Positions 47,797 to 60,582 of a stretch of DNA of 64,000 bases are shown piece after piece (positions within the stretch are counted from its first letter, which is position 1; each line of letters opens with the position of its first letter). Made by a program: the position numbers and the translations under genes. The notes under the pieces are model-generated. The model worked only from the letters and a program-made list of their open reading frames with translations. It did no database searches and was not told where the DNA came from. The DNA is from Psammoneis japonica (taxonomy: Eukaryota). The DNA is taken from contig QPGO01000008.1 of NCBI GenBank assembly GCA_008632985.1, positions 352,979-416,978 of the forward strand, read 5' to 3'.

Positions 47797-49763
47797 TCAA
47801 GGCAAGCTTACAACAGTGTCCTGACGATCCAATCGCTCGACATCTTGTTGCAAGGGCGTGGCTAGAACCACCGTGGATGGTGTCAACGACGACGAGTCGT
47901 CGGATGCTGAGCTTGTCACCGATACGGTTCTCGCAACCATACCTTTTTCCTCTGGACTGTGTGCAGTCTCGGTGGTCAGAGTTGTTGGTGTAGTAGTGCA
48001 GATATTCTCCTTGCCACCAGCACTAGTAGTAGGAGCTACTTCTTGTTGCAGTACGGGTGACGGAGTAGCCTGGGGTCCATCCAACACATTGGACCGCGCT
48101 CGCTTCGCGGGGGCTGGCGGTTCCAACAGTTCTTCTTGGAGCGGCAAGGATGAAGAGCCTTGCTGGGTCACGGGCATGCAAGCTCCTCCATTTTCATGAA
48201 TTCCCGCAAAGAGTACCTTGCCAAGCTGGTGACTGTCAACCGGTGACGACGTCAACCGAGGTGACTGCGATGATGCCATTTCGTTCAAATAAGCCTGTCG
48301 GATTTGTTTTGGAGATTGCGCAAAGGCCCAACGAAAGGCCGGTTTGGCTCTGCGACTCTTGTCTATCTTGCAGACTATTCCCGCACTCTGTAAGACATTG
48401 GCAATATCGTACAGACGACGAATCTTGGTCTTGTTCCCCTTTGCACCGTCGCTCAACGGCTTGTCGGACTCTGCCATGTTGCCTCCCAAAATCTTGTCGG
48501 ACGCATCGATGAGTGCTACAATCTCGTCCCCCACTAGAAACATTTGAACAAAGTTTTGGGCAAGTCGCCCTAAACTCTTCTCCTTGGCAATCTTGCTCTT
48601 GTTGTTGCTGCCAAGCGGCCACTCGGTAAAGGTAGTGTCCGCTTCATCACTGTATTCGAGTCCATTCTTCTGCGCGTCTTGTGGGTACAGCGCCACAGCC
48701 TTGCTCTGCAATTGCCCAAAGATACGCACGAGGTTGTCTTTTCCGTTCCACGAGTAGGTGTTTTTGCACTTGCGCGAGACGATTTGGATGGCTTCCAAAA
48801 TGTTAAGAACGTCGTATATTCGGCGACGCTCTACATCCAAGACCTGTGCAGCTTCGTCAATGCATATCGATGGTGCAAATGGCGTCTGGTTATTGGTGCT
48901 GTCTGTCTTGGAGTAGGTCTTCATAAAGTTGTCGCACAAGAGCCCTAAGGATTTGTTGCGGCGAGAATACGAGGGATTGGTAGTATCGGACTTGTCAGAA
49001 GTAGATGCAGTGACTTTTTCCTTTTTGCGTGGCGTGGGAGTCACCAATCCGGCGGACGATTTGCGTCCTGCTTTTGGTGGCTTCTTACTAACTGCTACAG
49101 CCGGTGCAACAGCTGCTTGGATAGGAAAAGGAGGGGCCGACTGCACTTGTGGTAAGTGTTGCTGTGGCTGCTGTAACACGCGGCACGGCGGTGATGGATA
49201 AGGAGCGAATCGACACGTTGCCTGAGATATCACACAACGTGTAGCATAAGCAGAAATTGGTGTATGTGTTATTCAGATCGATCATTACGAACAAAAAAAA
49301 AATACACACAACCACCCCGTAAGTCACATACCTCGACAAACATGCCGAATCGTCCTTGACCCGATGCATAACGGTGAATATGACTACTGCCACTGTTGTT
49401 ATTGTTGTAATACGGATTCATAGCGGGCGTTCGATATGGTGATATGGTCGATTGCGGGTGCTGCGTTGAATAGAACTGACGAGACGACGGCGTCATCATG
49501 GTTGACGAGCCATTCTGCTGCAATTGATTGGTAGACGTCGTTACACTGGCAGTGTTATTGGATACGGCCGTTGTCGACGCTGTTGATGTTATATTTGCTG
49601 ATGATGATTCAAAAGGAGCTGATGAATGAAACAGCGATGACAGTGCAAGCGCTGCCGTTGACTTTGGAGACGTGAATGGAGGAGACGACATCGGCGGTCT
49701 TGTCGTGGATAACGCTCCCTGTCGTAACGGGGTCGGACCGCCAACGGTATGTCGCGTCGTCAT
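47797..49763 (-). CDS. Atypical E2F (DEL / E2F7-8 type) with two DNA-binding domains, two exons
   Basis: KSLGLLC..VERRRIYDVLNILE and KSLGRLA..KIRRLYDIANVL; phase-0 intron 49331-49222; start at 49763 inferred. Confidence 0.92.
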
Positions 49764-50674
49764 GGTGACAAACACAAACGCAACGTCGCGACGACTGCCT
49801 CCGCACCACTGCGCTGTTATTGTGTGTGAAGCCAGCTCGCTGGCAAAAATGCCGCGAAGCAAAATTTGCGCTTGTCGCGCCGTGATATTCAAATCGGAGA
49901 TCCTGCACACGAAGCCGTATAAAATGTACATACATGATTTTTGCGTAGGATCATACCAGCTAAACTGATGAATTTGAAAATAACATTAAAAATATTCAAG
50001 ACTATATTTATATATACTAAAATTTGTCTGTTTGTCCAAATAGGAAGATAAGTTCTCTTCTCTTTTCTCCTTCACCAACATCGTGTCTGTCTAACAAAGA
50101 TCCCGGTTCGCGATGCCTTACTGGTACGTAGAATCTACGTAAGTTTTGTACCAGTGCGTCGCCGATCGGAAGAAAACACACCGCACATTTGCATTGCAGC
50201 CACAGCAACAGCGGCAGCAAGCAAACCACAACATGTCGTCCCCTATTTATACTACCTTTTGGCGTCTTGCAGGCATGTCATACACACAGGTAAAGCTAAC
50301 AATGAAATAAAATTGTGCAGGAAATCGTCGTACTAAAGGCGTCGTTTTGATTTTGCGATGCGGACGTACTGACGGACGTACTGACTGACTTGTGCTCGCG
50401 CTCACACAATGTTGTTGTTGCTCGTTTCGTCGCAGTTTGTCACGAGAGCTTCGTCTTCGGTACGTGCGGCTCTCAAGGAACCAGCCAAGTCGGCAGCCAT
50501 GGCACAAGAGAAGTTTGCGTACAATGCCTCTTCTTGGGAACAAGGAGAACAAGGAGATAAAAAGCACATTGAGACGCTGGAGAATGCCGGGAAGTAGCTG
50601 AATCACTAGCGAATGAACGAGAGAGAAGTTTCTACAATAGAAAGCGAATCTAGAACTGCAAGAGCAATTTGTTA

Positions 50675-52744
50675 CTATGGATTATCTTTTATATTCGTTC
50701 GTATGGCTTGTCGAGCAATTGCTGTACCGACGAGGCACTCCCAGATAAAATACTCGGGGCGGTTGGTGTCGTCTGACAAAGTCCGTAATATCGGTGTCGA
50801 TGGCCATGGAGCTGGGTCCGCAACTAGTTTTAGGCCATCTTCTTCATTGCTACTTTGAAGTACTACTGCAGAATCCATGTTTTCGTTGTTCTTGGTCATC
50901 CAGGTTCTAACTCCGCTTTCAATACCATGAGAACTCACTGGATCCGACATTTCGTAGGTTTCTGGCGAAACAACCCGGACAATCGAGTGGGTTTCGGCAC
51001 TATTAGATATGGTCGAATCTGCATTTCCGCCTTGCAGTAGATGTAGAACAGCAGCGTCCTTGACGGAAATCCCATGCAACAGACGTGCCATCCACAAACT
51101 ATTAACTTCACGGCCTCCCAGTGGCAGGAACCACACGGTCCAGTCGAGCCGAGGAAAGTGCGGAAAGATAAAGGGCAAGGACGTTTCTGGATCATTGACT
51201 TGATACAACATTGGAACGTAACTCCATGGTCCATTGCTGGATGCAGACTCTAGAAACGCAGCCACGGGTCTTCCATTGACGCCGGTGATGGTGGCAAACA
51301 GACCGTAAGGAATAGCACCAAAATTGAGCCAATCAACCGATGGGAAACCATAGACACCAAGTCCATTTGCCATGACGGAGGCACTACCTACGAGAATCGA
51401 TAATGATACAGCCACATTGAATGCCATCTTGATTTTTTCGTTGCTGCTACTCGCGGTGATGAATATTGTTGAAGACATTATGGGTGAGAGGAGGGCAACC
51501 ACGAAACCGAGCGCCACAAGGCCGTAGACGAGCGGTACAATAGGTAGCGTGTCTCGACACGCCACACCAATGTCGTTCACCGCCCAAAAGGCTCCTCCTG
51601 CCGCGAGAGCAAGGGAACCGGCAGATACAAGATCCAAAGTCAACGCTTCGTTTGGGTCGGCTACGGCAATACTCATTTCTTCGCGCTCCGAATCAATGGC
51701 AGGAAGGTCGTCAAGCAGAGCAAATCCAATCACAACCAACACGAACTGCAGCGGCCCAAAGTTGCCAAACAACGCAATCCCTACCATCAAAAAGACGTTG
51801 AGGGAAAAGGCAACTCTTCGAATTGTTCGAGATGGCGCTAAGAAAAGAAACGGAGCAGCCATTTCGACCACCAAGACAGTCCAAGTGAGAGCTGCACTCT
51901 CAGCATCGGGCACATGCCAAAATGCCAGAGCCGCAATCGGGTTGGGTATAGGCTGCGATTGAAAGTGCCAATGAACGGCGGACAAATCCCTCCAACTAGC
52001 GTCGCAACTGAGCAACTTAACAGCACCTGCGCCAATGTACAAACGAGACAAGAGCCAGCGGTACCCAAAGATTGCAGCGTCGTTGGCAAGACCCGACGCT
52101 GCCAACAGTGTCAAGGGAGCTGCATCCAACAAGAGCCGATCCATTTGATATTGCATAAAGCGCCCTCCACTTATAACCAAGTCATGCCAACACACCCACA
52201 AGAGACCAAAGGTGACAACACCGAGCGGACCTTGCCGAAGCTTTCGACCAAAAATCAGTTGAGCCGCCGAGACGAGAATACCACACGCCGCAAAAAGTTC
52301 AACACCAACTTCTGGTGCAGAAGGTATAGTATCAAGGACCCATAGTTGGTCTTGTAATTCAGATACACGTTGTATAATTGGTAAAAGGCCCGTCTGCCCA
52401 ACCAAACCTGGTAGTTGCGTGTAAAGGCTACAAAAATGAGCCAAGTACACAGAACTGATACCGATTGATACCCATTCAAGAGCAGAACAATTGTTCATCG
52501 ATCGATCCATACTATGGACAGCCTTTTGATCGTCTTGTAGACTGGAACGAGAAGCCAGCTGCAGTCGCTGTGGCTGCTGCACAACATGACGGTTCTTCCA
52601 GAAATCCTCGCGAGAACACCATGGTCGTCTCTGTCTACGAAAGTAAGGAAAGCGATCCGGTTTAATTTTTGTTGAGGAAATCAGCGGAAACACCGATACA
52701 AAATGAAATTGAAGTATTGAAAGAAAAAGAAGTGCAATCAACAT
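50675..52744 (-). CDS. Lipase maturation factor (LMF1) family membrane protein
   Basis: QLPGLVGQTGLLP, FMQYQMDRLLLD, GAGAVKL, HFQSQPIPNP, YGLFA, PHFPRLDW; N-terminal signal peptide. Confidence 0.88.
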   Translation of the reverse strand: MLIALLFLSILQFHFVSVFPLISSTKIKPDRFPYFRRQRRPWCSREDFWKNRHVVQQPQRLQLASRSSLQDDQKAVHSMDRSMNNCSALEWVSIGISSVYLAHFCSLYTQLPGLVGQTGLLPIIQRVSELQDQLWVLDTIPSAPEVGVELFAACGILVSAAQLIFGRKLRQGPLGVVTFGLLWVCWHDLVISGGRFMQYQMDRLLLDAAPLTLLAASGLANDAAIFGYRWLLSRLYIGAGAVKLLSCDASWRDLSAVHWHFQSQPIPNPIAALAFWHVPDAESAALTWTVLVVEMAAPFLFLAPSRTIRRVAFSLNVFLMVGIALFGNFGPLQFVLVVIGFALLDDLPAIDSEREEMSIAVADPNEALTLDLVSAGSLALAAGGAFWAVNDIGVACRDTLPIVPLVYGLVALGFVVALLSPIMSSTIFITASSSNEKIKMAFNVAVSLSILVGSASVMANGLGVYGFPSVDWLNFGAIPYGLFATITGVNGRPVAAFLESASSNGPWSYVPMLYQVNDPETSLPFIFPHFPRLDWTVWFLPLGGREVNSLWMARLLHGISVKDAAVLHLLQGGNADSTISNSAETHSIVRVVSPETYEMSDPVSSHGIESGVRTWMTKNNENMDSAVVLQSSNEEDGLKLVADPAPWPSTPILRTLSDDTNRPEYFIWECLVGTAIARQAIRTNIKDNP

Positions 52745-53028
52745 CGTTGATGGCAATTGTCAGGCTGATCTCGCCTTCGCTGCGCGTCGTTGTGATGTTT
52801 TTGTGATGGCTCTCTCTTTTCGATTTTTGCTGATTTTTGGGGGGTTGGAAGCGAGCTCGTGCATGGGTGCAGCAGTTCGACTAAACTAAATTACTGTAAT
52901 TCAAACTATCATACTGTATCTGGTAGAGAGAGAGGCTCTCTAGAGAGGCATCCAGTGCTGTGCGCAACTTTTACCCTTTGCTTATGAGTAGCTAGAGCTG
53001 TCTCTGCTCTTCACCATGGCTAGTTTGG

Positions 53029-53092
53029 TAATCCACTCGCATAGGTAGCCCGAAGACCTCACATAATCCACTCGCATAGGTAGCCCGAAGAC
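53029..53092. repeat. Perfect 29-bp direct repeat pair, period 35
   Basis: taatccactcgcataggtagcccgaagac occurs twice. Confidence 0.95.
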
Positions 53093-54525
53093 TAGCATTT
53101 GCTACTTTGAATCAGGATCAGACAGTTGGCGAGACTGTAGATGCAGCACACTCATATAAGTCTTATGGTGATCAATTGTGAGACATGTTGAATGTCTGCA
53201 TACCGGTACCGTAGGTGGTGAGTGGGGTGGGGGCTTGCATTGACAAAGGTCGGCAAGAAGCAACTGCAAGATCGAACACCTGCTCTAGAGAGCAGGTGCT
53301 GAGCTTCGGCACTCATCGCGTCTTTTACGCAGAGTTGCCAGGAAAAACTCGTCCCGCAAACCGCAACTATGAATTCCATGAATCCATCCACCTGTAGCGA
53401 AGTCGTGACTTGGTCCCCCTTTCAACTGATGTGAGCCTTTCTTTCGTCGGTCTTGTCCGTTGAATAAATTTGGTTGGCGATGGAGACGGATCACGCACGA
53501 CGTGCATCGCTTTTGTCGAAACCCAAGTAGGAAGCACCGCGGGTTGACTGTCGGCACTCTGAAGATGGCGGCAATGTTGCTGACAAAAATGGAGGGATGT
53601 ACAGTGGTAGTCGGCTGATTTGTTGGTGCTCTCGTTTCCAGGATGGTGCAGGCGACGAGATTGTCAGTGTTTGAGCTGGATATATGCTGGAGGTGTGGTG
53701 GAAAAAGACGCGGGACTTTGAGTTGGTGGCAGTACTGGCTTTTCGCTTAGCGAGGACCCGCGGCGCTCCTGTCAGATTTGAAAGAAATCTTCAAACACCA
53801 AAACGCAAGGGGAGTTGGCGGGTGCACCCCAAAGAAGCGGTGTTTTTATGAGTTCGGTATCCACAAATGAGCCCGCAAGGTACCGTAGCGATGTTTCAGT
53901 TCGTTTTGTGCCGCGTTGTTGCTGGTGGTTCAACCGTTTCTGTCCTGGCCAGTACCTCGACTTCACTGGCAAGACTCCTCGCGAGCCACGCTAGTTGAGA
54001 CTGTAAGCTTAGGAACCTGCTTTCTAAACTGCCCGTGTAATCAAGCTTTGGGAGAAAGCAATTTCTCGCGATAGTGATGCCTTAAGACAAATTGAAAATC
54101 GACCGAAGCACAGCAGGTCAAACTTTGCAAGGAACTTCATCGATCGTCACGTGTAAGGCGCAAACTCAAGTCTCACTGCCATACCGGTAGACTGATGCAA
54201 AGATTCTTCTGTACACTTGGCTTTATCCACTCTCCTTTAGTCGGAAGCATACGTTGTGATTCAATTGTTCTCCGCCTCCAGAAAGCCATGAGCGCGTGTT
54301 AGTAACAGATAGTTCAAGGGTAAGTCGTTGGTGCTCACGCAATTATTGCAATAGATTTGCCTTGCTATTTCCTCATTGATCATTATCCAATTCTGTGGTG
54401 GATGGAATCTTGTCGTTGCTAGTAGGTAACTATTACCGGTAGGTTCGAATCGTTTTCGTCTCGTACGATTTACATCGCTCTACCAGCTGAAGTGACTGTT
54501 GTCTCGAAGCAGAAGTGTGCATCTC

Positions 54526-55956
54526 TTATAGACTTTCAGATTCTCTACAGCTGATCATCATGGGAAGCCCTCCCTTGGGAGTTTGAATGAGTCCATCTCG
54601 ATGTGGCGTCAACTCATAGTTCGCTTTCGCCTGAAATTTGCAATTTCGCAGAATCTCTGTCAATGACAATAACATTTCCATCATTGCAAATCGTTGCCCA
54701 GCACAGGAGCGGGCACCAGCTGAAAATGCCACAAATCCATCATCTTGGTGATTGCAAGCCAGCCAGCGCTCGGGTAGAAAGGCTTCGGGTTGTTCAAAGT
54801 TATGAGCATCTCGTTGAACTGTCCAAATCGGAACATAGAGATAGGTTCCCTCAGGAATGGTTAGCCCGTCTAGCTCGAGCGTTTTCTCAAGAGATCGTGT
54901 GGTCGAAATGGCTGGGGGGTACAACCTCAGAGTTTCCATAATGACAGCCTTGAGATAGGGATAGTCGTCGCTTGAATGTGAAGTTGCGTTACACTGAATT
55001 TCCTCCAATACCTTTTTCTCGACCAGCTCGTGCTGAGAGAGTAGGTATAGCACATAAGTCATTGTTGCAGCCGTTGTTTCGTATCCTGCAAACAGCAAGG
55101 CCACCAGCGTGTCTGTCAAGGTTTCTTCGGCGACATCTTTTGTTGTGGTGCAAGTCGCCTCGTGGACTTTGATCAGCTCGGATAATAGATCTTGAGATTC
55201 TTCGTCGTCCTTTCCAGCAGCCACCTTGTCACGTCTCTCTTGCACCAAGCGATGAATAAAGCCTCGAACAACCTTCTTGTGGTGAGCATACTTCAAGTTG
55301 CTTGGTGTAGGCAACCTGTATGAGTAGGCCGTTGGATCCAAAAGGCCCCAGGTCATGCGCCTCATCATTTCACTTGTAAGGTACTCTAACGAGATGGCAA
55401 TTTCGCTCGGTTCTAGTGCTGGAATGCACCCAAAGTCAACATTAAGGGCAGCACGACCAAACGTATCCAAAGTAAGCATTTTCATGAGGGCACCAATTTC
55501 GACATAATCATCGTACTGCTTGTCGTTGAGAGCTGCCACGAATTTCTGACTTGTCTCGATAACTGCTTGTGTATGCGCCTGTAGATTTGCAGTTGCATGC
55601 ATTGCCTTGACAACGGCGGAACGCTGAGTTTTCCATTCCTTTCCTGTCAACATTCCAATGTTGCGTTTGCCCAAGAAAGCCTCCGCATGCTTCTTCATTT
55701 GTCCGAACACCGTTCGATGAGAAGAATGCTTCAAAATGAATTGAACATCTTTGGCTCGAGTAAACGATAAAGCTGGTGTTGATCCCATCCAAAAGCACAC
55801 ACGACCATTCTCATCGGCATGCTCAACACTGAATTTGTACAGCGACACGCGGAAATCATCTTCCATCATGAGTGGTAAGTGGCCGAGTAAGAAGTTTGGA
55901 TCTGGGATCATGGAAAAACCCTCAACGGCCTGCTTGGAGGAAGTGAACAGGCCCAT
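54526..55956 (-). CDS. Cytochrome P450
   Basis: AGYETT (I-helix), ETLR (ExxR), FLPERW, FSAGARSCAG heme motif. Confidence 0.96.
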   Translation of the reverse strand: MGLFTSSKQAVEGFSMIPDPNFLLGHLPLMMEDDFRVSLYKFSVEHADENGRVCFWMGSTPALSFTRAKDVQFILKHSSHRTVFGQMKKHAEAFLGKRNIGMLTGKEWKTQRSAVVKAMHATANLQAHTQAVIETSQKFVAALNDKQYDDYVEIGALMKMLTLDTFGRAALNVDFGCIPALEPSEIAISLEYLTSEMMRRMTWGLLDPTAYSYRLPTPSNLKYAHHKKVVRGFIHRLVQERRDKVAAGKDDEESQDLLSELIKVHEATCTTTKDVAEETLTDTLVALLFAGYETTAATMTYVLYLLSQHELVEKKVLEEIQCNATSHSSDDYPYLKAVIMETLRLYPPAISTTRSLEKTLELDGLTIPEGTYLYVPIWTVQRDAHNFEQPEAFLPERWLACNHQDDGFVAFSAGARSCAGQRFAMMEMLLSLTEILRNCKFQAKANYELTPHRDGLIQTPKGGLPMMISCRESESL

Positions 55957-56328
55957 TTTGGAATTTGTGAAGCCTCAGCTAAAGATACCTGTACGTCAAT
56001 GGCGTTCTAGTCTGTTGTGGCATTTGATAACCTCTCGCAGTGTGCCAGCCGAGCTTGATGCGACGACGCAAGCGGTGTTTTGTGCTTTGTCATGGTCGTT
56101 GATCGTGATCGTGATGGTGATGCGTCGGCATGTTCTGCGATCTGCGACGAGTTCTGCGCGAGCTATCTATCTCTGACTCAGCAGTTTAGAGCACTTCAAC
56201 CTAAACCCGATGATGCAACATACCGATCAGCGTTCAGCATACCGTATCCAGCGACGAGCGACACCATGACGGCACTATTCATATCCATAAGCCTTTACAA
56301 GGAGCTCTGAGATCATCATACTACAACA

Positions 56329-57462
56329 ATGTCAGGACAGCTATGTCCCTCTCCATCTGTATATAAGGCCGGGTTTGTTATTGGGATAGTACTATGCGTG
56401 GTCTCGTATGCTCTAGCATGTTGGCGTTCCCTCAAGTTTCTCTTCGCGTGTCAGCGATTGCATCTCTATCGTACCGGTATGGGCCAGGATACATCCAGGA
56501 ACCGAGATGATTCTTTCTCGCAAAGTGAAAATGAAGATATTCATGACTATAGTGGCGATGAGGAAGACGATAAGCAATTTCTGGACGAGATAACGTGGTG
56601 GAAGGTTGCTTGCTTGTGTTGCATCATGGCGTTTTGTGTTCTTTACTTCTCGGGAGACTTCAGGCACATGCTAGTATTGATGATCTGGGTGGCCGTGAGC
56701 CTTATCGTCATGTTTGTTATGGTCTATATCAAGCCACCTGCCAATGAAATACTTCGGCAAATACACTTTAAGATTCATTTCGAAGCTTTGTTCATGTTGA
56801 CGTCCATATGCTTTGCTACTTTCTTGGTGGTGGCAACGGTACATGCTTTTGCAATGATGACAGACATTGCCCACTACGATTATTTTGGTCCCATGAGAGT
56901 TACCGGAGTCTTTGCAACATTAGATCGCGTTTCTACAAGTGATGATAATTGGGTCGACGAAATGAAGGCTCAAGTTCAATTGGAGTTTGGAGGCTCGTGG
57001 GCATGCCCGCAATCCTCGGAGGACGACGACTCGCCATGCGTGGCTGTCACATGGGACGAGTATAGCTGCAACAAGATTGTATGTAGCTCACAGTGGCAGG
57101 ACTGTGACAATGATGACGGAAATGCTTATGCCTTTACGCTAGAGTGCCAGGAGAACCGCCATGCAGAGGCTTTGGCACTGGTAGATGCCGGAACCGAGTA
57201 TGATCTTAGTGTTCCACCCAAGCAAGACGAGAATGGTTGGCCCTACATGAGTGCCTTTGGCAAATGTTCTACTTGCGAGGCAAGCCGCCATCCTGACAAA
57301 CTCAACATGGCTGTTGATACGTGGAATATGGCAAAGCTGTTGCTTATTCTGAGTACTGGATTGCTGGTAATAGCTGGGGTTACATTTTGGAGACGACGTC
57401 TCATCAAGTCAAGTGGCAATCAAGTGGAGTTGATTCGCAATCCTCAGGGTAGTACCACATGA
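56329..57462 (+). CDS. Hypothetical multi-pass membrane protein with a Cys-rich luminal domain
   Basis: 377-aa ORF with about five hydrophobic segments. Confidence 0.7.
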   Translation: MSGQLCPSPSVYKAGFVIGIVLCVVSYALACWRSLKFLFACQRLHLYRTGMGQDTSRNRDDSFSQSENEDIHDYSGDEEDDKQFLDEITWWKVACLCCIMAFCVLYFSGDFRHMLVLMIWVAVSLIVMFVMVYIKPPANEILRQIHFKIHFEALFMLTSICFATFLVVATVHAFAMMTDIAHYDYFGPMRVTGVFATLDRVSTSDDNWVDEMKAQVQLEFGGSWACPQSSEDDDSPCVAVTWDEYSCNKIVCSSQWQDCDNDDGNAYAFTLECQENRHAEALALVDAGTEYDLSVPPKQDENGWPYMSAFGKCSTCEASRHPDKLNMAVDTWNMAKLLLILSTGLLVIAGVTFWRRRLIKSSGNQVELIRNPQGSTT

Positions 57463-57639
57463 AAGGTAAGAAGTGATCCATCGCTTCCTACTAAACTTGA
57501 ATGTAAGATGCCGGTACGCCCGTTTCAAACAGTCAACGTTTTCTCAAATCGTTTCTACGATATGTTTATCTACTACTACTAAAGCAGAGTCCTGCGTGTA
57601 CGCGCTAAGCATGGAGGGAAACGCCTCCTCATGGCTTTC

Positions 57640-58359
57640 CTAGCAGAAGTTGGGGTCTGCAAAGTTGAGCACTCCCGCAATGACGCAGTTGACGTCGGTT
57701 CCAGCTAGAATCAACTCTGAAGAGTTGGAGCGGTGGATACCGATGGTGGAGTCGCCGTTCCATCCAATGTAACGCCCGTTCGCCCAGACAGCTCCATCGT
57801 TGATATCGTTTCCTTGATTGTCGCTGGACTTGGTCCACAAGTCCCTCTTGAGAAGAACACCGGCGGGGAGAACTTGGTTGACAAGCGGAGGGTCCTCGAG
57901 GTTGCTGTCCTCGGAGGTGTCCCCAAACACCAGCATGTCGCTGTCCGACTGCATGTTGAGGACGAGGCTAGCCCCGCCATCGTCACAAGAAGCAAACACA
58001 AGCATCGGATCTTTATCAAGAATAGTCTCGTTCATTCCTTCGGCGAGACGAATGTCAAAGTAGAGCTGATGGTGCTCCGAGTGACGAGGACGGTGGTGAT
58101 GGTGGCAGTGCCCCTTCTTGCCGCCCTTTGAACTGCTGCTGGAGAGCTTGCGCAACGTGTTCGGATGACCTGGGTTATCATTGTGGGACGAAAGCAACGG
58201 AAATACATGTGAGTAACGGCAAAATGGAAATCAGTTTGATTTCGCGCCGACGGCGGAAGCATTTGAAGGATACTCACCACCCTTGGCAGCTGCCGCGACA
58301 CCGGACACGATGATGAAAGCCATGGAGAACATGGCAAAGGACTTGATGGAGAAAAGCAT
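57640..58359 (-). CDS. Hypothetical secreted protein, two exons
   Basis: Signal peptide MLFSIKSFAMFSMAFIIVSGVAA; intron 58277-58170 (GTGAGT..CAG, phase 1) joins it in frame to ORF 57640-58197. Confidence 0.7.
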
Positions 58360-58812
58360 GGTGGAAGAATACGTCGTTGGAAGAGTCAAACGAAAGCTTT
58401 GCAAAAGCCACTGTTGTGGATTTGTGAGACGATGGAAAGCGGCGGTTTGAATGCTTTGTTCTCGTTCCGCGTCTACGTGTGTTCGGTACAAGTCCACGTC
58501 CCGTATGGTTTCTACTGAAAATGCGTATGTACAATTCCACGGAGGATCTGTCCTTACAACTCCCAACTGTCAAATCCGGGTGCTCACCTGAGGTCTTTGC
58601 GCGGTGCGTGCGCTGTCAAGAGCCGGGGAAGGATTCTTTTGCATTTTTCCATCGCACCATGGCGGTTTCCTTCGCGGACGATGGTTCTTTGCCGTAAGGA
58701 CTGGTGTCTTGCGCAAACGATACTTGTTGGATAGTTGACGTTTTTTTGGATCGTGAAAATTTGGAGGAATCGGTGCCGATAGACGATAGAATTGATTCCG
58801 CAGAAAGTCAAG

Positions 58813-59490
58813 ATGCCGAATGTATCTCGAGCAAGGAAGGATTGCTCAGAAAAAGATATTGAGACTACTTTTGAGCGACAGTATAATCGATTGCAGATTC
58901 TTGAGTTATGGAGAGAGCTAGCAATTCGACCTTCAGAGCAAGACTGCCACGACGAAGATCTTGATTTGTACGAAATGGAGTTTGATGATCTGGAAAGCCT
59001 ATCTCAGCGCTGCCTCAACGTCCGGAACCGTATGAACGCCGAGTTGCCACCGCATGAAGTTGCACTAGACGACTCGACAATTCCAATGAAGAGCACCATA
59101 AAGGATGCTGGTATGGGTTTATTCTACTGCCCGATGAAGCACGAACGAATTCACGCCGGCGAAACGATCTGCTACTATTGTGGTCACATACACAACTTTC
59201 AATCTTCTCGGCTCCTTGAGGACAAGTCATACTTAATGCTAGTTGAGGGTGACCTCTTTGTTGATCCAAGACCGCTACCAAATATCAAAGCTCGATTCAT
59301 TAACGATCCAATCAATGAAGCATTGTTGAATTGTCGGTTTGTGCCCGAGCCGAAGCATTTTCGTTGTGCTGTTGTGGCAACCAGAGACATTGAGCCGGGT
59401 GAAGAGCTCTTTGTTAGCTATGGTGACATGTACTGGGCAAGTCAGCCTATAATGGGCACTATTCACTGCAAACCAAAGAAGGCTTCGTGA
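58813..59490 (+). CDS. Small SET-domain protein
   Basis: AGMGLF, ARFINDP and DIEPGEELFVSYG motifs intact. Confidence 0.92.
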   Translation: MPNVSRARKDCSEKDIETTFERQYNRLQILELWRELAIRPSEQDCHDEDLDLYEMEFDDLESLSQRCLNVRNRMNAELPPHEVALDDSTIPMKSTIKDAGMGLFYCPMKHERIHAGETICYYCGHIHNFQSSRLLEDKSYLMLVEGDLFVDPRPLPNIKARFINDPINEALLNCRFVPEPKHFRCAVVATRDIEPGEELFVSYGDMYWASQPIMGTIHCKPKKAS

Positions 59491-59688
59491 CACTGATCAG
59501 AAACGGGAAGAAGCTTTTTGAAATGGGTGAAACGAGATACGAGATAGCTGCTGCTACGTAGCATATAGATATTGCTATACTGTAAGTGATCTAGTCCATC
59601 ATTGAGCGTCAATGAGAACCCGTCAATGGTAGGAGTAGCACGAACAAAAGAAAGAATGATTCCTGCATTACTTTTTAAATGATAACAA

Positions 59689-60582
59689 TTAATCCGCATA
59701 ATCTTGTTGAAAAGATGCTACTGTTTTAAACGAATCAAGGCACCCACGACTCTCGACAAATCTAACAACATGATCTTCGATGTACGCCGAATGCTCTCTT
59801 GTACAGTCACTCAAACTTTCAGGAATTCCGTACGTGGGGTCGTAGACGACTTTGGAAATGAATAGTTCCATGTGGTGTCCAAGCGATGGAATTGGGCGGG
59901 AGAAGTCTTTCCAATCCTTGCTGCCTCGTTCTACTCGAGCCTCAAGTACTTTTCCATTGAGAGTGAGACGTATTGGGTATTCCTCGTTCACGCCATTACC
60001 TAGCATCACCTCTTGTAACGACATGAATTTCGCTGGCGGTGGATCATCAAACGATCTAAATTGGTGCGGCAAAGGTCGTGGTGTTGAAACATGGTTTTCC
60101 AAAAAGTCGATATATTCTTGTTTCACGCCAAAGTGTTTCGCACCCTGGCTCATGATTTGCAAGTATCGTTCGCCCGGTGGCTTGTCTTCTCCTCGATCAA
60201 ACGAGTCTGGTTTCGTATAGACGGTAGCTTCCACGATTGTTCCATCGTACAATCTGGCTTTGGCTGTTGTTCGAACATATTCAATTTCAGTTTCATCAAG
60301 CTTTTCCATTGTGTCTTGTGTGACAGCGTGCAAAACACCGTGAAACGATTCTCCAGGGCACTCCACCGCCTGCGCAAGTCCCAGCGACCCAAAAAAGTGA
60401 AGCTTGAAATCCAAAAGTTCACCGGGATGACTTTCGATTGGGACGAGTCCGCGATTCTTCATTGAAATGGGATTCATCATGGCACCAATAGCAAAGTACC
60501 AAATTCGTCCATTCTCTTCTTGTTTGTTGGGATGAGACGGAGACAACTCCTCTGGATTTTGCGAAGGTTTCGTTGCGCTCAT
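59689..60582 (-). CDS. Gamma-glutamylcyclotransferase (GGCT/AIG2-like) family protein
   Basis: WYFAIGAMMN, FHGVLH, LDETE..Y, P..RYLQIM..GA..FG...EY. Confidence 0.8.
   Translation of the reverse strand: MSATKPSQNPEELSPSHPNKQEENGRIWYFAIGAMMNPISMKNRGLVPIESHPGELLDFKLHFFGSLGLAQAVECPGESFHGVLHAVTQDTMEKLDETEIEYVRTTAKARLYDGTIVEATVYTKPDSFDRGEDKPPGERYLQIMSQGAKHFGVKQEYIDFLENHVSTPRPLPHQFRSFDDPPPAKFMSLQEVMLGNGVNEEYPIRLTLNGKVLEARVERGSKDWKDFSRPIPSLGHHMELFISKVVYDPTYGIPESLSDCTREHSAYIEDHVVRFVESRGCLDSFKTVASFQQDYAD

Noticed and set aside
49840..49890. E2F-like sites (ttcgcggc, ggcgcg) upstream of the E2F gene
   Set aside because: Short, imperfect matches that are expected by chance.
53029..53092. 29-bp repeat pair as a CRISPR array
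   Set aside because: Two copies, 6-bp spacer, eukaryotic context, no cas genes.
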